From: Verrucomicrobiia bacterium
GTDB taxonomy: Bacteria; Verrucomicrobiota; Verrucomicrobiia; Limisphaerales; UBA1319
Direction of reading: 5' to 3'
Assembly (NCBI GenBank): GCA_963664225.1
Contig: OY760937.1
Location: 4,544,001 to 4,608,000, forward strand
DNA length: 64,000 bases
Under the pieces are notes generated by a model. The model searched no databases, was not told where the DNA came from, and saw only the letters and a list, made by a program, of their open reading frames with translations. Below, piece after piece: positions 57,547 to 64,000 of the stretch. Each line of letters begins with the position of its first letter. Within the stretch, counting starts at the first letter, position 1. A program made the position numbers and the translations under genes.

Positions 57547-57810
57547 ATGCCACGCAAAACGAACACGGAAAAACGCAAGGATGGGCGCGGTTCACGCCGG
57601 GGTACCATGGAGCATCGCACCCCAAGGCCCAAGCCCAAGGTTGATTTTACCTTCGACACCGTCGATTTCAAGAACGTGAATCTGCTGCGGCAGTATGTGA
57701 CCGACGCGGGTCGGTTGCTGCCCCGCAAGTACACGGGTCTTCCCGCGCATTATCAGCGCCAGCTCGGCCGCTCGATCAAACGGGCGCGCCAGATGCTGCT
57801 GATGAAGTAG
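57547..57810 (+). CDS. rpsR: 30S ribosomal protein S18
   Basis: VDFKNVNLLRQYVT..GRLLPR..TG....YQRQL.RSIKRAR; follows rpmG. Confidence 0.93.
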   Translation: MPRKTNTEKRKDGRGSRRGTMEHRTPRPKPKVDFTFDTVDFKNVNLLRQYVTDAGRLLPRKYTGLPAHYQRQLGRSIKRARQMLLMK

Positions 57811-57850
57811 CAGGACCGCCCTCAGCAGGGGGCGACGCCATTTAGAGAAT

Positions 57851-57892
57851 AGGCCGGTTGTTTCTCGCAACCGGCCTTGTTCTGTTTTTTTT
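57851..57892 (+). terminator. Rho-independent terminator after rpsR
   Basis: aggccggttg...caaccggcct followed by tgttctgtttttttt. Confidence 0.8.
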
Positions 57893-58059
57893 GAACGTTT
57901 TCTAAAAACACGGTCTAAACAATTCGGATACGCACGTGAGACGATTCAGAACGGAACATGAGTTGCGGGGCGGGCGTTTCCGATTGATTATGAGAGCTTG
58001 ACAAATGGTCCCGGCCTGTTGTTAAAGAAGCGGGATTTACGGGACACGGAGAACTGGAA

Positions 58060-59025
58060 ATGATCAAGGTTCAAAATTTAACAAAGACATTCGGCCCGAA
58101 AGTGGCTGTGGACGGAGTTTCCTTCACGGTCGAACGCGGGGAAGTGCTGGGATTTCTGGGGCCCAACGGCGCCGGCAAATCGACCACGATGCGGATGGTG
58201 ACGGGGTTCATTCCGGCCACATCGGGGACGGTGTTTGTGGGCGGGCATGACATGTCCGCGGAGCCGCTCGCCGCCAAGAGAATGATCGGTTATCTGCCCG
58301 AGAACGCGCCGTTGTATGCGGACATGACCGTGTCCGGTTTTCTGGGTTTTGCCGCGGAGCTGCGCGGAATGAGCGGCACGGAAAAAGGCAAGGCGGTCGA
58401 TCGGGCATTGGAGCTTTGCTTTTTGGAGCCGGTGCGGCATCAGAGCATCGATACCTTGTCCAAGGGATACCGGCACCGCACCTGTTTTGCCCAGGCGATC
58501 ATTCACGACCCCGATGTGTTGATCATGGACGAGCCGACCGACGGTCTGGACCCGAATCAGAAACATGAGGTGCGGTCGTTGATTCGCACGATGGGGCAGA
58601 AGAAAGCGATTGTTTTTTCGACGCACATTCTGGAGGAAGTGGAGGCGGTTTGCTCGCGGGTGATCATCATTGACCGGGGCCGGATTGTGGCCAATGGAAC
58701 GCCGCAGGAGCTCAAGCAGCGAAGCGACGTTGCCTCCACGGTGGTGGTCAAGGCGCGGGGCCTGGCCGCCGGGATTCTGGAGCAGAAGCTGGCGAAGGTC
58801 TCCGGGGTGGGCAAGACGGCGATTCTGCAGGATGGAACCGGCGTGGTGGCTGTGCGGGCGTATCCGTCGGCAAAATCGCCCAATGGGGAGTTCGCAAAGA
58901 ATCTGGGTGAAGCGCTTTACAAGGAGGGCGTCCAGATTGAGGAATTGCACACGGATGAAGGAAGGATGGACGAGGTGTTTCGCAGTATTACAATGCCGGA
59001 GACCAGCCGGGGGAACGTGAAATGA
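58060..59025 (+). CDS. GldA-like ABC ATP-binding protein
   Basis: GPNGAGKSTTMR, GYLPENAPLY, LSKGY, DEPTDGLDPNQ, STHILEEV. Confidence 0.9.
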   Translation: MIKVQNLTKTFGPKVAVDGVSFTVERGEVLGFLGPNGAGKSTTMRMVTGFIPATSGTVFVGGHDMSAEPLAAKRMIGYLPENAPLYADMTVSGFLGFAAELRGMSGTEKGKAVDRALELCFLEPVRHQSIDTLSKGYRHRTCFAQAIIHDPDVLIMDEPTDGLDPNQKHEVRSLIRTMGQKKAIVFSTHILEEVEAVCSRVIIIDRGRIVANGTPQELKQRSDVASTVVVKARGLAAGILEQKLAKVSGVGKTAILQDGTGVVAVRAYPSAKSPNGEFAKNLGEALYKEGVQIEELHTDEGRMDEVFRSITMPETSRGNVK

Positions 59026-59765
59026 GCGCGATTGGAACAATAAAAACCATTGGAAAACGTGAGTTGACGGGCTATTTCGCCTCGCCGGTCGCGTATGTGT
59101 TCATCGTCATCTTTTTGTTGTTGGCGGGATTTTTCACCTTCATGGTGGGGCGGTTTTTTGACCGGGGCGAGGCGTCTCTGGCCTCCTTTTTTCTGTGGCA
59201 TCCGTGGTTGTACCTGTTTTTGGTGCCGGCCATCGGAATGCGTCTATGGTCGGAGGAACGGCGTCTGGGGACGATGGAGCTGTTGCTGACAATGCCGGTG
59301 ACGACGTGGCAGGCGATTGTGGGGAAGTTTCTGGCGAGCTGGGTGTTTCTGGCGCTGGCGCTATTCCTGACCTTTCCCGTTGTCATGACGGTGAATTACC
59401 TGGGGCGGCCGGATTCGGGACCGATCATTTGCGGCTATCTGGGGAGTTTCCTGATGGCTGGAGCGTATCTTGCGGTGAGTTGCATGACCTCGGCGATCAC
59501 GCGCAACCAGGTGGTGAGCTTCATCCTGTCCGTGGTGGGGTGCCTGTTTCTGATACTGGCGGGATGGCCGCCGGTGACATCGATGCTGGAGCAATGGGCA
59601 AAACCGTGGATGGTTGAAGGAGTGGCCTCATTCAGTGTGATGACCCATTTCGAGGGCTTCCAACGGGGTGTTCTGGACACACGGGATGTTCTGTTTTACC
59701 TGCTAGTGATTGTCTTCTCACTGTTCACGACGGGCGTGATCATTCGAAGCCACCGTGCGGGTTGA
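59022..59765 (+). CDS. GldF-like ABC permease
   Basis: REL..YF.SP.AY, MRLWSEERRLGTMELLLT.P, GKFLA, TRNQ. Confidence 0.9.
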   Translation: MSAIGTIKTIGKRELTGYFASPVAYVFIVIFLLLAGFFTFMVGRFFDRGEASLASFFLWHPWLYLFLVPAIGMRLWSEERRLGTMELLLTMPVTTWQAIVGKFLASWVFLALALFLTFPVVMTVNYLGRPDSGPIICGYLGSFLMAGAYLAVSCMTSAITRNQVVSFILSVVGCLFLILAGWPPVTSMLEQWAKPWMVEGVASFSVMTHFEGFQRGVLDTRDVLFYLLVIVFSLFTTGVIIRSHRAG

Positions 59766-59804
59766 GGGACGAAGCGAGCGAGAGAAAAAAATTAGCGCGA
59801 ATGT

Positions 59805-61715
59805 ATGGCAATGAACAAGAAATCAAATTTCACGACCTATCTGTTCTCGAGCGCCGGTGTGGTTGTCATGTTTTTGATCCTGGTGGCGGTGTATGTCATC
59901 AGCGGCGCGGTTAAACACCGATTCGACCTGACCTCGGACCGGCTATTCACCCTTTCGGACGGGACACGCAATATTCTCAAGAAGTTGGATACGCCGGTGC
60001 AAATCCGATTTTATTGCACACAGAATGCGAGCACGATGCCCGTGTTTTTGAAGACCTACGCCCAGCAGGTCGAGGATTTGCTCGAGGAATACCGCAAGGC
60101 CGCCAACGGCAATATCGAGATCAAGAAATTGGATCCCCAGCCGGATTCAGACGCGGAGGATTCCGCCAACCTGGACGGAATCGAGGGACAGATGGCTGCC
60201 AACGGCGAGAAGATCTTTTTGGGAATCGCGATCAATTGCCTGGATGAAAAGGTTTCGGTGCCATTCCTGACGCCGGACCGGGAGCGTCAACTCGAGTACG
60301 ATGTGTCGCGCGCCATTTCACAGGTGACGACAACGCAGAAGCCGGTCGTCGGGGTCATGAGTGCGCTGCCGGTCTTTGGGGCGTTCGACCCCATGTCGAT
60401 GCAAATGGGGCGTCCGAATCGCCAGGATCCGTGGGTGTTCGTCGGGGAATTGAAGCGGGATTACACCGTCAAGCAGGTGGAGATGACGGCGGAAAAAATC
60501 GAAGACGACATCAAGGTGCTGGTGGTGGTTTATCCCAAGGATATCACGGACAAGACGCAGTATGCGATCGATCAGTTCGTGTTGCGCGGGGGCAAGCTGG
60601 TGGCGTTCCTGGATCCGCTGTCGCTGGTGGACAGCCGGACGGCGGCGAGCAATCCCATGCAGCGCAATATGGGGAGCGGGGCGACGCTGGACAAGCTGCT
60701 CAAGGCCTGGGGCATCGAAATGGACAAGGGCAAGGTGGTGGCTGATCTGGATTACGCGGCGCGCATCAACCGGGGCGGCAAGCCGGAAGTCGCTCCCGCC
60801 GTGCTGGCCTTGACGCAGGAAGCGATGGATACCAATGACGTGGTCACCAGCCAGATCGATAATCTGGTGATGCCGTTCCCGGGCGGTTTCACGGGAACGC
60901 CCGCCGAGGGATTGAAAAAGACGGTTTTGATTCAAACCACCACCTCAGGTCAATTGGTCGATAAGATGATGGCCGAATTCTCCGGCGAACAGTTGAGCAA
61001 GGAATTCTCCGCCACTGGCAAACAATACGCGCTGGCACTGCGCCTGACAGGCAAATTCAAGACGGCGTTTCCCGAGGGCCAGCCCAAGGATGTAACGGAC
61101 GCCAAGGCGGCGGCGGACAAAAAGGAAGCGCCTGCCGAACCGTCGCTGAAAGAATCCAAGAGCGAGGGCGCGGTGGTGTTGGTGGCGGATGCGGACATGC
61201 TTTACGACCAGTTCTGCGTGCAGGTGCAGAACTTTCTCGGGCAGAAGATTGTGACCCCGATCAACGCGAATCTGAATTTGATGCAAAATGTGGTGGACCA
61301 GATGGGGGGCGATCAGAATCTGATCGGCGTCCGAAGCCGGGCCACGATGACGCGTCCATTTACGGTGGTCAAACGCATGCAGACCGAGGCGGATGAAAAG
61401 TATCGCAACCGGATCAAGGACCTGGAGAAGAGCCTGGCCGACACGCAGCAGAAGCTCAACGAAATGCAGACCAAGAAGGAAGGCGGCCAGCGGTTCATTC
61501 TCTCGCCTGAACAACAGAATGCGATTCAACAATTCCGGCAGGATGAAGCGAAGGTGAAAAAGGAACTCAAGGACGTGCGCAAGAGTCTGCGCCGTGACAT
61601 CGAATCGCTGGAAACCCGTCTGGAATGGATCAATATTGCCGGCATGCCGTTCCTTGTGACGATGTCCGGGATCGCGCTGGCGCTGTTTAAACGCAAAAAG
61701 ACCGCGGCAAAATGA
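59805..61715 (+). CDS. GldG-like ABC auxiliary component
   Basis: RFDLT...LFTLS.GT..IL, LEYDVSRAI, IDQFVLRGG, VADADML; N- and C-terminal TM. Confidence 0.88.
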   Translation: MAMNKKSNFTTYLFSSAGVVVMFLILVAVYVISGAVKHRFDLTSDRLFTLSDGTRNILKKLDTPVQIRFYCTQNASTMPVFLKTYAQQVEDLLEEYRKAANGNIEIKKLDPQPDSDAEDSANLDGIEGQMAANGEKIFLGIAINCLDEKVSVPFLTPDRERQLEYDVSRAISQVTTTQKPVVGVMSALPVFGAFDPMSMQMGRPNRQDPWVFVGELKRDYTVKQVEMTAEKIEDDIKVLVVVYPKDITDKTQYAIDQFVLRGGKLVAFLDPLSLVDSRTAASNPMQRNMGSGATLDKLLKAWGIEMDKGKVVADLDYAARINRGGKPEVAPAVLALTQEAMDTNDVVTSQIDNLVMPFPGGFTGTPAEGLKKTVLIQTTTSGQLVDKMMAEFSGEQLSKEFSATGKQYALALRLTGKFKTAFPEGQPKDVTDAKAAADKKEAPAEPSLKESKSEGAVVLVADADMLYDQFCVQVQNFLGQKIVTPINANLNLMQNVVDQMGGDQNLIGVRSRATMTRPFTVVKRMQTEADEKYRNRIKDLEKSLADTQQKLNEMQTKKEGGQRFILSPEQQNAIQQFRQDEAKVKKELKDVRKSLRRDIESLETRLEWINIAGMPFLVTMSGIALALFKRKKTAAK

Positions 61716-62989
61716 ACCTCAAACAACTCTCGATTCTCATCGTTTTGGTGATCGTGCTGGGCGGGGCGGGCTTGTTCCTGCACCAGCGTAACACGGCCTC
61801 CTGGCAGGCATCCGACCGGGTCGGCGACGAAAAACTACTGGGTCAATTTCCGTTGAACGAAGTGGCCCAAATTACCATCAAACAAGCCAGTGGCGAACTT
61901 AACCTCGTCAAGGGCGACGATGTGTGGAAAGTGCGGGACCGGGCGAATTACCCCGCGAGTTTTTCCGAAATCCAGGAGCTGCTCCGCAAAATGTGGGAGT
62001 TGAAAGGGGTGCAGCGGGTCAAGGTCGGGCCATCGCAATTTGCGCGGCTTGACCTGGTGGCTCCCGCCCCGGGCAAGGGAACGAATACAGGCACGCTGGT
62101 GGAATTCAAGGACAAGGGAGGCAAGGTGGTCAAATCCCTGTTGCTTGGAAAGAAGCACATGCGCCAGGGGGCGGCGCCCAATCCGATGGGAATGGACGAA
62201 GGCGGCTTTCCCGATGGCCGCTATGTGATGGTGACGGACGCTGGAGCGGCTCAGAACGTGTGGGTCATTGGGGATGCGCTGGCCAATGTGGAGGCCAAGC
62301 CGGAGCAGTGGCTGCAAAAGGACTTTGTCAAAGTGGAGAAGATTCAGTCCGTGAACGTCGAGTTTCCCGAGGGCACCAACAGTTGGAAGCTGACCCGTGA
62401 CACGGAAGGCGGCGAATTGAAGCTGGCCGATAAAAAGGCCGGTGAGGAGCTGGATGCGAGCAAGGCGGCAGGCGCGGGCAATGCCCTGGGGTTTGCGAAT
62501 TTTAGCGATGTCGTGGCCCCGGATGCCAAACCGGAAAGTCTGGGTCTGGACAAGCCGATCACGGCCACGCTGACAACGTTCGATCATTTCACGTATGTGG
62601 TTCAAATTGGGAAGGGAACCAATGACGAGAGTTATCCGATCCGGATTTCGGTCAATGCCGATCTGGCCAAGGAGCGCGTGGCTGGAAAGGATGAAAAGAA
62701 AGAGGACAAGGACAAGCTCGACAAGGCGTTCAAGGATTCCCAGGAGAAGCTTCAGGAAAAGTTGAAGCAGGAAAAAGCCTTTGAAAAATGGACCTACGTG
62801 GTTTCAAAGTGGACCGTGGATCCATTGTTGAAGACCCGGGCTGAACTGATGGCCGCACCCAAGAAACCGGACGCGGCGCCCAATACCACGAATGCGACGA
62901 ATGCCATCCCCCCGGCGGCTGCGGGAATGGATCCCGACACCCTGCCTGATGTGCTCAAAGCACCGGCTGGAGAGGCTCCGGCGCAATAG
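61712..62989 (+). CDS. DUF4340-like membrane-anchored periplasmic protein
   Basis: N-terminal TM; usual fourth gene of GldAFG-like operons; two similar beta-rich halves. Confidence 0.75.
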   Translation: MNLKQLSILIVLVIVLGGAGLFLHQRNTASWQASDRVGDEKLLGQFPLNEVAQITIKQASGELNLVKGDDVWKVRDRANYPASFSEIQELLRKMWELKGVQRVKVGPSQFARLDLVAPAPGKGTNTGTLVEFKDKGGKVVKSLLLGKKHMRQGAAPNPMGMDEGGFPDGRYVMVTDAGAAQNVWVIGDALANVEAKPEQWLQKDFVKVEKIQSVNVEFPEGTNSWKLTRDTEGGELKLADKKAGEELDASKAAGAGNALGFANFSDVVAPDAKPESLGLDKPITATLTTFDHFTYVVQIGKGTNDESYPIRISVNADLAKERVAGKDEKKEDKDKLDKAFKDSQEKLQEKLKQEKAFEKWTYVVSKWTVDPLLKTRAELMAAPKKPDAAPNTTNATNAIPPAAAGMDPDTLPDVLKAPAGEAPAQ

Positions 62990-63030
62990 AATTCAGGCTC
63001 GATTACGCTTTTCGATCGCGCTTTTCGACC

Positions 63031-63074
63031 GGCCGTTGCGGGGGAAATTCCACCGCAACGGTCTTTTCATTTTT
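63031..63074 (+). terminator. Rho-independent terminator of the Gld-like operon
   Basis: ggccgttgcgg...ccgcaacggtc followed by ttttcattttt. Confidence 0.85.
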
Positions 63075-63132
63075 CCTTTTCCTTCTTTTGCGGTTTGCAT
63101 CCGGGGGTTGGATGACGTAAATGTTTTTTTCT

Positions 63133-64000
63133 ATGGGCACAGATGTAACGAAACCCAAAGTCGAGATATACGACACCACCTTGCGCGATGGCAGCCAGGG
63201 TGAAGGAATCAATTATTCGGTGGCGGACAAACTCCGTATCGCCGAACGAATTGACGGCTTTGGCATTCAATACATTGAGGGGGGCTGGCCTGGGTCCAAT
63301 CCGAAGGACATCGAGTTCTTCGAGCAGGCGCGAAAGAAGAAATTCAAGAACGCGCGGCTGGCGGCTTTTGGATCGACGCGACGCAAGGGTGTCAGCGCCG
63401 CTGACGACGAGCAGGTGCGCATGCTGCTGGAGGCGGAAACGCCCGTTGTCACCATTTTTGGCAAGACCTGGCTGTTGCATGTGAAGGAAGTATTGCGAAC
63501 GACGCCTGAGGAGAATCTGGCGATGATCGGTGAAACGATCCGCTTCCTCAAGGACAAGGGCCGGATGGTCATCTATGACGCGGAGCACGCCTTTGACGGT
63601 TACAAGGATAATCCCGAGTATGCAATGGCCACCTGGATCGCCGCAGAAAAGGCGGGCGCGGATTCCATAGCGCTGTGCGACACCAACGGCGGGAGTCTTC
63701 CCAGCGAGATCGCACGCATTGTGGAGGCCTACAAGCTCAAGGTGAAGACTCCACTGGGCATCCACTCGCACAACGACATCGGCCTTGGAGTCGCCAATGC
63801 CATTTGCGCCGTGGAGTTGGGCGCAACCATGGTGCAGGGGACGCTCAACGGCTATGGCGAGCGCACGGGCAATTGCAATCTGACGACTGTGATTCCCAAT
63901 CTTGCGTTCAAAATGAAACGCGCGTGCGTGCCCGAGTCGTCATTGGGCAAATTGAAATTGCTTTCCCAATACGTGGATGAGATTGCCAATATCCGGCATG
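63133..64000 (+). CDS. cimA: Citramalate synthase (LeuA/CimA family); runs off the right edge
   Basis: Translated by hand: EIYDTTLRDGSQGEG, YIEGGWPGSNPKD, FGKTW..HV, YDAEH.FDGYK, LCDTNGG, GIHSHND, QGTLNGYGERTGN. Confidence 0.9.
   Translation, partial: MGTDVTKPKVEIYDTTLRDGSQGEGINYSVADKLRIAERIDGFGIQYIEGGWPGSNPKDIEFFEQARKKKFKNARLAAFGSTRRKGVSAADDEQVRMLLEAETPVVTIFGKTWLLHVKEVLRTTPEENLAMIGETIRFLKDKGRMVIYDAEHAFDGYKDNPEYAMATWIAAEKAGADSIALCDTNGGSLPSEIARIVEAYKLKVKTPLGIHSHNDIGLGVANAICAVELGATMVQGTLNGYGERTGNCNLTTVIPNLAFKMKRACVPESSLGKLKLLSQYVDEIANIRH

Noticed and set aside
62990..63132. Leader-peptide attenuator upstream of cimA
   Set aside because: No Ile/Leu/Val-rich leader ORF seen; the hairpin is explained as the terminator of the upstream operon.

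Overview
Gene-dense, moderately GC-rich bacterial chromosomal segment. The protein style suggests Verrucomicrobiota/PVC (an inference). I see no rRNA, tRNA, CRISPR array, integrase or transposase. Carbohydrate genes dominate: partial GH144 beta-1,2-glucanase, a repeat-built secreted CBM-like protein, XylR-galK-galT, GH78, GH29, GH26, an unassigned clan GH-A enzyme, DUF1080 and two Tat-exported Gfo/Idh/MocA paralogs. Transport systems are an MlaFED-like operon with an unknown upstream partner, a LysR-RND pump, a YtrA-ABC operon with an S8 protease, a GldAFG-like ABC, a CDF and a GDT1 protein. Housekeeping genes are rsmI, TrmH, RluA, a tandem NDK, folE2, a dksA-like gene, rpmG, rpsR and partial cimA. 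The best candidate for an undescribed system is the gene pair at 36438-40068: TIR + STAND-like (AAA_35) NTPase followed by STAND-like NTPase + transmembrane helix + putative extracytoplasmic domain, placed between a rhamnosidase and a fucosidase gene. All family calls come from motif recognition by eye; no searches were run.
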